24,812 nt of DNA, taken from NCBI GenBank assembly GCA_964480775.1, contig CAYZRF010000026.1, positions 1-24,812 of the forward strand, given 5' to 3'. This DNA comes from an uncultured Nitrososphaerota archaeon (GTDB lineage Archaea; Korarchaeota; Korarchaeia; Korarchaeales; Korarchaeaceae). Under the pieces are notes generated by a model, which saw only the letters and a list, made by a program, of their open reading frames with translations, was not told where the DNA came from and searched no databases. Positions 8,912-16,236 of the stretch are shown here, piece after piece; position 1 is the first letter of the stretch, and each line of letters starts with the position of its first letter. Both the position numbers and the translations under genes were made by a program.

Positions 8912-9312
8912 TGAATAAACTCGACGAACTAGCGTCGAAGATAGCGAAAATAGAAGAGGAGTTAAAAACCCTTAAGAGTTCTGAGATGGAGTTGTATAGC
9001 TCCCTTCAAATCGCCAAAGCGGTTCTTGAGTCTTACTCCAGGGTACTTGGGTTTACATTAAGGGTAGAAAGGCTTGCGATGAGCTTAGAAGGAGACATTG
9101 AGAAGCACATAGTTCAGATACTAGCGAGACAACCGATGAATGTAAGTCAGCTAACCGAGGCTCTCAGAAAAGCAAGAGGAACCGCTTCCAGGAGAATAGT
9201 CGCTGCGAAGCTTAAGAAATTAGAGGCAGCTGGGGTTGTAGAGAGAGTGAGAACCAATGGAAGAGGGAAGTTTTACAGGCTTGTAGGCAAGATCAAAGAG
9301 GAATCTACGTAA
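8911..9312 (+). CDS. coiled-coil plus winged-helix (wHTH) DNA-binding protein, putative transcription regulator
   Basis: The N-terminal heptad-like stretch is MNKLDELASKIAKIEEELKTLK. The C-terminal wHTH is IVQILARQPMNVSQLTEAL...IVAAKLKKLEAAGVVERVRTNGRGKFYRL. ATG 8911 overlaps the upstream TGA as TGATG. The track start TTG 8890 is less likely. Confidence 0.7.
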   Translation: MNKLDELASKIAKIEEELKTLKSSEMELYSSLQIAKAVLESYSRVLGFTLRVERLAMSLEGDIEKHIVQILARQPMNVSQLTEALRKARGTASRRIVAAKLKKLEAAGVVERVRTNGRGKFYRLVGKIKEEST

Positions 9313-9334
9313 AATCTTGAGTTTGGAGAATCCC

Positions 9335-9342
9335 TTCTTTTT
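9335..9342 (+). terminator. oligo-T tract, possible archaeal terminator for the 8354-9312 cassette
   Basis: ttcttttt lies about 25 nt after the stop at 9312. Archaeal termination commonly uses T-runs. Confidence 0.3.
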
Positions 9343-9446
9343 GGCTTTAAAACTCTCGAATTATTAGCCTGTAAATAGGTTCTTCTTTGATTTTCGATAG
9401 TTAGTCAAAGGTTATTAATCGCCATCCAGTGAGAAAACCCGAGATT

Positions 9447-10610
9447 ATGGGAAGAATACTCCTTGGGACATCTGGCTGGAGCTACGATGAGTGGGTTGGC
9501 CCGTTCTATGAGCAAAGGAAGTGGATGTTCGACTACTACGTTAAGGTCTTTGACACAGTAGAGGTGAATTCCACTTTTTATTCCCTTCCCCCAGAATGGA
9601 TGGTCCAGTTTTGGGCTAAAAAAGCTCCAAAAGACTTTGAGTTCTCAGCTAAAATTCCAAAGACAATAACCCATAAGAAGAAGCTTAAAAGTGCTGAGAA
9701 AGAGATGGAGACCTTTCTTGATCTAATGGAACCACTAAGGAAAGAGGGAAAATTAGGACCGTTGCTCTTTCAGCTTCCTCCAGGACTAAAGTTTTCCCCA
9801 GATCTCCTAAAGTCGCTTTTAGAAGGTCTTCCTTCCACACATAAGTTTGCAGTTGAGTTTAGAGACCCTTCTTGGCTCAACGAAGAAACTTGGAAGATAT
9901 TGGAGGAACACAACGTGGCGAATGTTGTGGTAGATGAACCCCTCTTACCCCCAGAACTCGTGGTGACCTCAGACTTCATCTACATAAGGTGGCACGGCAG
10001 GGGTTCTAGACCTTGGTACAACTACCACTACTCGAAGGAAGAGCTAAAGGAATGGGTTCCCAAGGTAAAGGAAGCGGCCTCTAAAGGAAAGGTTTACGGT
10101 TACTTCAACAACCACTTCAAGGCCTTTGCTCCTAAGAACTGCTTAGAGCTAGCCGAAATGCTTGGTTTAGAGCTTAAACCTCAGGCCGTTGAGGCAAAAA
10201 GCAAGCTAGAGAATTGGTTCAGAGAAATATCACCAGAAGAAGTTCCTCCACCAATCTCTGAGCCCAAAGGGCTTTTAGAAACTCTTTCAGTTGAAGAGCT
10301 TTTAGAAAGCTTCATGGATAGACGAAGATTCGAGAGAGCTACGAAGATACCTGAATCAAGCGTGGAATTGCTTGAAGCCAGTCCTAAATTCATCAAAGCA
10401 AGGGTTAAGGATTATAGAGTTGAGCTTGATGTTTCAAAAAAGCTTATACTACATGATTGTGCAGACTGGGGTCGAGTTTGCGTTAAAAAACAGTTTTGCA
10501 AGCACCTGGGAAGGCTTTTCATGTCTTTACCTGAAGAGCTTGCTGCAGAGATCCTAAGAAAGATTTTGCGAGAAAAAGATGAGTGGAAGTTTAGACCGTT
10601 TACAGAGTGA
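9447..10610 (+). CDS. DUF72 (YecE-like TIM-barrel) protein fused to a C-terminal SWIM-like zinc-finger domain
   Basis: The N-terminal ILLGTSGWSYDEWVGPFY, VEVNSTFY, LFQLPP and IRWHG blocks are DUF72 hallmarks. The C-terminus is YRVELDVSKKLILHDCADWGRVCVKKQFCKHLGRLF. The ORF is open from GTG 9429, but ATG 9447 fits the family N-terminus. Confidence 0.8.
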   Translation: MGRILLGTSGWSYDEWVGPFYEQRKWMFDYYVKVFDTVEVNSTFYSLPPEWMVQFWAKKAPKDFEFSAKIPKTITHKKKLKSAEKEMETFLDLMEPLRKEGKLGPLLFQLPPGLKFSPDLLKSLLEGLPSTHKFAVEFRDPSWLNEETWKILEEHNVANVVVDEPLLPPELVVTSDFIYIRWHGRGSRPWYNYHYSKEELKEWVPKVKEAASKGKVYGYFNNHFKAFAPKNCLELAEMLGLELKPQAVEAKSKLENWFREISPEEVPPPISEPKGLLETLSVEELLESFMDRRRFERATKIPESSVELLEASPKFIKARVKDYRVELDVSKKLILHDCADWGRVCVKKQFCKHLGRLFMSLPEELAAEILRKILREKDEWKFRPFTE

Positions 10611-10615
10611 GAGAA

Positions 10616-11635
10616 ATGGGGCTAAAGCTCTCAAAATTGGTTGTAAAGCACGAGATTAAGCTAGAGTCGCTTAGAGGTAGAATAATTGCCATAGACGCCT
10701 ATAACGCACTTTATCAGTTTTTAGCCTTAATAAGGCTTAGATATGGCGTCCCTCTAACTGATAAGCATGGTCGTGTCACTTCTCACCTAAATGGACTTCT
10801 CTTCAGAACTGTAAGATTGATTGAGGCTGGAATAAGGCCAGTTTATGTATATGACGGGAGACCTCCTCAGCTAAAAAGTAAAACGTTAGAAGAGAGGATT
10901 GAAAAGAAGAAAGAAGCGGAGGTCAAATGGAAAGAAGCTGTTGCAAGGGGAGACCTCAGAGATGCTTGGGCGAAAGCCGTTCAGACCTCGAGGGTCACTA
11001 AAAGCATGGCTGAAGATAGCAAGAAGCTACTAGAGTTTATGGGCATTCCGTGGGTTCAAGCTCCATCTGAGGGGGAGGCTCAGGCAGCTTACATGACTAA
11101 GGTTGGAGATGTTTGGGCTTCTGCTAGCCAAGATTATGATTCTCTCCTCTTTGGTTCCTTAAGGCTCGTGAGAAATCTAACGATAACAGGCAAGAAGTTT
11201 CTCAGAAAAACGCCAAGATATTACAGGCTAAAGCCGGAACTCATAAAACTTAATGAGACATTAAAGGAACTTGATCTGACACAAGAACAGTTAGTGGACA
11301 TGTGCCTCCTTATGGGGACGGACTACAACGAGGGAATCAAAGGAATTGGCCCGATTAAGGCCTACAAGCTCATAAAGAAGTATGGAACCCTGGAAAAGGT
11401 GTTAGAAGGGGAAGATATATCTATTGATGCTGATATAGACGCTATCAGGAACATTTTCCTAAATCCTCCTGCTACTGCTGATTACGAGCTTAGATGGGAA
11501 GATGTCGATGAAGATGGCCTTATCGAGTTCTTGGTTGAAGAGAGAGGATTTCAGAGAGAAAGAGTTAGAAAAGCCATAGAAAGGCTAAGAAAAGCTATAA
11601 TCAAAGGGAAACAGTCTACATTAGAGTTCTATTAA
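10616..11635 (+). CDS. fen: flap endonuclease 1 (FEN-1)
   Basis: MGLKLSKL...AIDAYNALYQFL...GRVTSHLNGLLFRT...PVYVYDG...IPWVQAPSEGEAQAAYM...SASQDYDSLLFG...LMGTDYNEGIKGIGPIKA...GKQSTLEFY shows near-complete XPG-N, XPG-I and H3TH motifs and a C-terminal PIP-like tail. The track start GTG 10607 overlaps the upstream stop. Confidence 0.95.
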   Translation: MGLKLSKLVVKHEIKLESLRGRIIAIDAYNALYQFLALIRLRYGVPLTDKHGRVTSHLNGLLFRTVRLIEAGIRPVYVYDGRPPQLKSKTLEERIEKKKEAEVKWKEAVARGDLRDAWAKAVQTSRVTKSMAEDSKKLLEFMGIPWVQAPSEGEAQAAYMTKVGDVWASASQDYDSLLFGSLRLVRNLTITGKKFLRKTPRYYRLKPELIKLNETLKELDLTQEQLVDMCLLMGTDYNEGIKGIGPIKAYKLIKKYGTLEKVLEGEDISIDADIDAIRNIFLNPPATADYELRWEDVDEDGLIEFLVEERGFQRERVRKAIERLRKAIIKGKQSTLEFY

Positions 11636-11681
11636 CATTTTGGATAATCCAACAAGGTGATGGAGATAAAGGCAATATCAA

Positions 11682-11690
11682 ATATTTATA
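11682..11690 (+). promoter_or_regulatory. TATA-like box for the ABC transporter operon
   Basis: atatttata is centred about 26 bp upstream of ATG 11712. This would fit a leaderless transcript starting at that ATG. Confidence 0.4.
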
Positions 11691-11711
11691 CCTTTAGTTA
11701 CTGCTCAATAA

Positions 11712-12500
11712 ATGCAAATAGTCGCAGTTATTAAGTCCCAAAAGACGAAAGGTGTGGGTCCCATGGCATCAGTACAGGCAGTATTTGTTGATAGATTGAC
11801 AAAGAGATATGGGAAGATAAGGGCTTTAAGGGAGCTCTCCTTTAGAATAGAAAAAGGCGAAATATACGGATTGATAGGGCCAAACGGCGCTGGAAAGACC
11901 ACTACCTTAAGAATTTTGGCGACTCTCATACAGCCAGACTCCGGAGATGCGAAGGTTTTCGGATATGACGTGGTCAATGATGCTCAGAAAGTTAGAACAA
12001 TAATAAGCTATCTTCCTGAGGAGGCTGGAGCTTACAGAAACCTATCTGGTCTTGAATATCTCAAATTTATGGCTTCATTCTATGCAGAAAACGAATTCAA
12101 GCTTCACGAGATGGTTGAGGAGGGCGTTAGCATATCAGGGCTAGGAGAGAGAATAAAGGACAGGGTGAAGACTTACAGCCAAGGAATGAAAAGAAGATTG
12201 GCCCTAGCAAGAACTCTTATGGTTCAGCCAAAGCTTGCTATTTTGGACGAGCCTACAAGTGGATTAGACGTGATTCATGCCCATCACGTAAGAAGCGTCA
12301 TTAGGAAGTACGTGGAAGAAAATGGTCTTACAGTTCTACTCTCTAGCCACAACATGCTGGAAGTCGAAACTTTGTGTGATCGGGTTGGTCTTTTGCATAA
12401 AGGCATGTTAGTGGAAGGAGGGCCTCCAGACGAACTAAAAAGAAGACATCGGGCAGCCAACTTGGAAGAAGTTTTCGTAGAGGTGACTGCTATTGCCTAA
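11712..12500 (+). CDS. ABC transporter ATP-binding protein (NatA/ABC-2 type)
   Basis: Walker A GPNGAGKTT, Q-loop, signature YSQGMKRRL, Walker B LAILDEPTSGLD and H-loop SSH. An alternative start, ATG 11763 (MASVQAVF), sits behind GGTG. Confidence 0.9.
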   Translation: MQIVAVIKSQKTKGVGPMASVQAVFVDRLTKRYGKIRALRELSFRIEKGEIYGLIGPNGAGKTTTLRILATLIQPDSGDAKVFGYDVVNDAQKVRTIISYLPEEAGAYRNLSGLEYLKFMASFYAENEFKLHEMVEEGVSISGLGERIKDRVKTYSQGMKRRLALARTLMVQPKLAILDEPTSGLDVIHAHHVRSVIRKYVEENGLTVLLSSHNMLEVETLCDRVGLLHKGMLVEGGPPDELKRRHRAANLEEVFVEVTAIA

Positions 12501-13779
12501 AGTGCTTGCTCCTCTCTTAAAGAAGGAAATTTTGGATCTTCTAAGAGATCCAAAGATTCTGATAGGAATGATAGTATTGCCAGCCGTACTATATCCAGTA
12601 ATGGGAGCAGCTATGAAAGCATCTATGTCAGCAGCTGGAAAGGCCGCACTACAATTACCAGTAGCAATTCTTGATTTAGATGAGAGTTATGAGTCGAAAA
12701 TCATAGTTTCAGCTTTGTCACAAAGCGGAAATGTAATTACGCTTGAAGTTGTGTCAGATGAGGCCCTAAACAAAGCCTTAGAAATGGGAGCTGGAGCTCT
12801 CGTCGTGATACCCGAGGGATTTGGGGAGAACCTTAGGGCTGGTAAACGAGCTTCCATAGAAATACGTGTTTTCTTTGAGAGTGGTGGATTTTCAACTCAA
12901 ATGTTCGCAGGAAGACTTGAAAGTGCCCTTGAGTCTGCTTCTGAGCTGATATCAGCTCATCTAATCTCGATAACCTCTGAGATAAATCCTGAGGTAGTTT
13001 TAAACCCACTGATGCTTAATTATAGCTCTGTGTTTAGAGGAAAGGTTCTGGAGGTGCCCCCACAAGTTTTAGCTGGAGCCATAATGGGTCAGATGACGAC
13101 CACTCCCATCGTTGCTATGCTCGTTCTGATGTTTGCTATGCAGATAGCAGCAACCTCTGTAGCTGTTGAGAAAGAAGAGAGAACTCTGGAGACCCTCCTC
13201 ACTCTTCCAGCAAGTAGAAGAAACATTCTTCTTGCAAAATTGGTAGGGTCTGCTGTTGTGGCAGGCCTAGGGAGTATTGGGGTAATGGCTGGGTTATGGT
13301 ATTACCTGAAGATGATGAGCGTTGCATTTGAATCCCAACCAATTGAGGGATTGGTGACAGTTTCCTCGAAGGATCTTGCTCTCTTGGCAGTTGCTCTTAT
13401 GGCGGCTAACATGCTTGCTCTTACCATAGCGATAATTTTAGCTGTATTTGCTGAAGATGTCAGGTCTGCGCAAGCTTTAGTTGGAAATCTATACATCTTG
13501 ATATTTATACCAGCGTTTATGCTCATGTTTGCAGACATAGATACCCTTCCAGTAGCTGCCAAATATGTATTGATGGCAGTTCCGTTTACCCATTTAGCCC
13601 TCGCTACGCAACACATAACCTGGGGAGAGTACGCAATGTTCGCTGTAAATGTGGTTTATTTGCTGATTTGGTCGGTTGCGTTTATGTTATTGGCAAACAG
13701 AATCTTCTCATCTGAAAAGATATTGACTGCGAGAATTAGATGGGGTTGGAAACGTAAGGGAGAAGGGGCTAGACATTAA
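12493..13779 (+). CDS. ABC-2 family permease (NatB-like) with a large extracytoplasmic loop after TM1
   Basis: KKEILDLLRDPKILIGMIVLP at the N-terminus, a soluble loop of about 150 aa, then 5 C-terminal TM helices. The start (TTG 12493 or GTG 12502) abuts or overlaps the ATPase stop. Confidence 0.85.
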   Translation: MPKVLAPLLKKEILDLLRDPKILIGMIVLPAVLYPVMGAAMKASMSAAGKAALQLPVAILDLDESYESKIIVSALSQSGNVITLEVVSDEALNKALEMGAGALVVIPEGFGENLRAGKRASIEIRVFFESGGFSTQMFAGRLESALESASELISAHLISITSEINPEVVLNPLMLNYSSVFRGKVLEVPPQVLAGAIMGQMTTTPIVAMLVLMFAMQIAATSVAVEKEERTLETLLTLPASRRNILLAKLVGSAVVAGLGSIGVMAGLWYYLKMMSVAFESQPIEGLVTVSSKDLALLAVALMAANMLALTIAIILAVFAEDVRSAQALVGNLYILIFIPAFMLMFADIDTLPVAAKYVLMAVPFTHLALATQHITWGEYAMFAVNVVYLLIWSVAFMLLANRIFSSEKILTARIRWGWKRKGEGARH

Positions 13780-13805
13780 GCGATCTGCTCATTTGAGCTT
13801 TGGAT

Positions 13806-13816
13806 AAAAGAAAAAA
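13806..13816 (-). terminator. oligo-T tract (T6-C-T4 on the minus strand) downstream of the CWB2-like gene
   Basis: The plus strand reads aaaagaaaaaa, 16-26 nt beyond the minus-strand stop at 13832-13834, in the convergent intergenic gap. Confidence 0.4.
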
Positions 13817-13831
13817 TGATGAAAGAAGAAA

Positions 13832-15049
13832 TCAGCCCTTAGGTGGTTTCCAAGGCATTCCTCCCGGTAGTGGAATTCCAGGTGTTACTTTTGGAACTTT
13901 TATTGGTCTGAGTCCCCTCATTCTCTTTATTTCTTGCATATTCTCCCAAACTGTCTGCCTAAGCTGGTTGATAAGCTCTCTAGCTTGGTCATATTCTTTG
14001 TTTTGAATGAGTTGCTGTATTTCTTTCACAATTGCTATGGCCTCAGTTACGTTCGCGCCCTCTTCCTGAAATTCATTCAACATCTCTAAATATAGTTCTA
14101 GTTTCTGCTCCAAAAGAGTACTTAATTCAACTTGCCCTGTTGAGACCATTAAGCTAACCTTGTGAACTATCTCCTGCAACAAGTGTATGGCTGTCAGGAC
14201 CTTTTCATAGGCCTGCTCATATTCATCATTGTTTATGCACTCAATTGCCTCGTCAAGCAAGGTCTTAACTGTTTCAATGTCTTGAGAGATTTCTTCGTCC
14301 ACATCAATCAAATCGTCAGCAAGTTCCATCGTTCTTGTTAGCTCCCTCTTTGCTCTTTCAAGAGCCTTTATAGCTCTCTCCTTTATTGAAGAGAGGTTAC
14401 GATAAACCACAACCTCTGGGGGAGCTGTGATATTGCATTGTAAAAACGCCTGAATAAATGATGCATTGATAAAGGTAGAATTTATGACTTCTACTTCTGG
14501 AGGAGCCATTCTTTCTATTAATTTGGTAATGTTTGCTATATTTTCGTCCTTTACTAGGAGCACAAGACGTTCTCCGCTTATTATTGATTCTATCATCTCC
14601 TCGAGTGCCACAAAATCTAGTCCATGGACAAGAGAGACTTTACTGGTCTTTATCTCTATGTTATTTGACAGCATCCAATTGAGGACAAGTTGGTTTGTCT
14701 CAAACCTGTCAGCTCCACCTATTCTTTCAACTGGGATGCCTAAGCCTTGGAGCGCCTCTACATAACTCTCAGGAACTGCTACTGATCCGCCAATGATTAG
14801 GACTTTATCTGGGAGTTCTCCAACAACATTTGCAACTACGGTCTCATTGAACAAACCCCACGGTGAAACGACCACTGTTGCATCAATTGATTTGGCCAAG
14901 GATATTGCAATTGCCAAATCTGCTGAATTATCGCTCACTAAAATCACTATGTTTCCCAACGGATCGGCTAATAGAACTGAAATAGGTGTAGAGAGCACAA
15001 GGATAAAAATCAATAGATAAACTGTTCCTTCATTCGATCTACTCTTCAT
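13832..15049 (-). CDS. secreted or membrane-anchored protein with a CWB2-like (cell wall binding repeat 2-like) N-terminal region and a long helical/coiled-coil C-terminal region
   Basis: N-terminal hydrophobic signal/anchor VYLLIFILVLSTPISVLLA. LIIGGSVAVPESYVEALQGLGIPVERIGGADRFETN resembles the GG..a.s...RI.G.DRyeT core of CWB2 repeats. The C-terminal half is Glu/Leu/Gln-rich, with EYEQA and EYDQA motifs about 70 aa apart, and ends in a Pro/Lys-rich tail. Confidence 0.65.
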   Translation of the reverse strand: MKSRSNEGTVYLLIFILVLSTPISVLLADPLGNIVILVSDNSADLAIAISLAKSIDATVVVSPWGLFNETVVANVVGELPDKVLIIGGSVAVPESYVEALQGLGIPVERIGGADRFETNQLVLNWMLSNNIEIKTSKVSLVHGLDFVALEEMIESIISGERLVLLVKDENIANITKLIERMAPPEVEVINSTFINASFIQAFLQCNITAPPEVVVYRNLSSIKERAIKALERAKRELTRTMELADDLIDVDEEISQDIETVKTLLDEAIECINNDEYEQAYEKVLTAIHLLQEIVHKVSLMVSTGQVELSTLLEQKLELYLEMLNEFQEEGANVTEAIAIVKEIQQLIQNKEYDQARELINQLRQTVWENMQEIKRMRGLRPIKVPKVTPGIPLPGGMPWKPPKG

Positions 15050-15179
15050 TTTAACCTATATTATACCCCAACCTTGAATAAATATGGTTTTCCATTGAAA
15101 CAGCTCGTTTCCTATCTTGTTCATTTGTAATCTCTAGGATAAGTGTAAATCACTTTGAAAAAATGTTCATAAAAGTTTA

Positions 15180-16094
15180 TTATTGTTCAGAGCCCAAGTT
15201 CAGTTCGCTATCAGCCATGGTGACGATAAAGGTCTTTTTATACCTCTCTCGCCTTATTAAGCCCTCTTTTTCCATTCGATTGAGCAGTTTGCTTAATTTC
15301 GCCTTTGAAAAACCTAAAATCTGAGCTAGTTCTGCTTGGGTTACACTTTCTCTTTCCCTTAGAACGCGTATTATTCTTTCTTCATCCCCCAATACCACCT
15401 GCTTTGGAAGTCTTATGGTCTTTCTTCCAACAAACAATCCAGCTGTGAAAGCAGAAATCAGGCTTATGAAAGCATAAGGAACCCAGAAGAACCTGCCATA
15501 GTTCTCTCTAAATCCGAGGATGAGAAACTTCTCTTGTTTTGCCTTTACAGGACCGTACGACCAAACTATAATTATCTCCTTGCCGAGAGCAGATATCTTC
15601 TCTGGGGAAGGATAAACTGGAGAAAGTATGGAAAATTTGCTAGGTAGCACAACAGCTACACTCATATCACTTACATCATACGGAACTGAAAAGGATTGGG
15701 AGAATATGTACTTGTCTGAGGCTCTCTCTATCATGCCCTTTGCCTTGAATACAAGTCTAACATTTATGATTCCTCCCTCTATCGAGAGATTTCTGAAGGC
15801 CAGGATTATGAAATTCTTACCTCTAACGCTCTCCAATCTAACTGCTAATGGAAAGAGTTCTTCGTTGCAATATGCTTCTACTTGTAAGTCGCTAATGTCA
15901 TAAGATATGGGAAATATTATAGAAGAGCAGTTTTCAATCTTTGCTGTGAATTCAATGATTTCCTCAACTTCTTCTGGAGATATCATTTTAATCGAGATTG
16001 AAAGAGAGGATATCTCCTGACACCTTGTCTGAGATGGTTCGAGCATCACAAGGATAAGTATTAGGGCGATAAGCACTGCCTCTTTGCGTAGCAA
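15180..16094 (-). CDS. membrane-tethered transcription regulator: signal peptide, ~200-aa extracytoplasmic domain, one TM helix, C-terminal cytoplasmic wHTH
   Basis: TTG start. N-terminal AVLIALILILVMLEP, a beta-rich middle, TM FFWVPYAFISLISAFTAGLFVG followed by RK, then EERIIRVLRERESVTQAELAQILGFSKAKLSKLLNRMEKEGLIRRE (MarR/ArsR-like wHTH). Confidence 0.75.
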   Translation of the reverse strand: MLRKEAVLIALILILVMLEPSQTRCQEISSLSISIKMISPEEVEEIIEFTAKIENCSSIIFPISYDISDLQVEAYCNEELFPLAVRLESVRGKNFIILAFRNLSIEGGIINVRLVFKAKGMIERASDKYIFSQSFSVPYDVSDMSVAVVLPSKFSILSPVYPSPEKISALGKEIIIVWSYGPVKAKQEKFLILGFRENYGRFFWVPYAFISLISAFTAGLFVGRKTIRLPKQVVLGDEERIIRVLRERESVTQAELAQILGFSKAKLSKLLNRMEKEGLIRRERYKKTFIVTMADSELNLGSEQ

Positions 16095-16101
16095 TTGAGG
16101 T

Positions 16102-16119
16102 AACCAATTTGATTTGGTT
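16102..16119. promoter_or_regulatory. perfect 6-bp-arm dyad AACCAA-N6-TTGGTT between the TATA-like box and the start codon of the membrane wHTH gene; candidate operator
   Basis: aaccaatttgatttggtt lies 8-25 nt upstream of the TTG start (16094) and downstream of the minus-strand TATA-like box. Confidence 0.4.
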
Positions 16120-16122
16120 GGT

Positions 16123-16135
16123 GATAAATAAAAAA
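16123..16135 (-). promoter_or_regulatory. TATA-like box for the membrane wHTH gene
   Basis: The minus strand reads ttttttatttatc, centred about 35 bp upstream of the start codon at 16094. Confidence 0.4.
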
Positions 16136-16236
16136 GAGGAGATGTTGAATATGAAACCCCATTCTCATGTGGTTCTTGAAGTTAATTGGAGACTATATCA
16201 GTTGTTTTTAACTAAATCACAATGATTAAATTTGGC

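Noticed and set aside
11705-11977. 90-aa minus-strand ORF overlapping the 5' end of the ABC ATPase gene. The same applies to the 77-aa plus-strand ORF at 18175-18408.
   Set aside because: Both are antisense reading frames across Walker A regions (VFPAPFGPI and LPAPLGPS are the reverse reading of GPNGAGKTT). This is a well-known artefact, and the sense genes are full-length and conserved.
15070-15087. AACC-N12-GGTT upstream of the CWB2-like gene, as a third copy of the candidate operator
   Set aside because: The spacing differs by 2 nt from the other two sites and only the 4-bp arms match. It is mentioned under the dyad finding but not called as a site.
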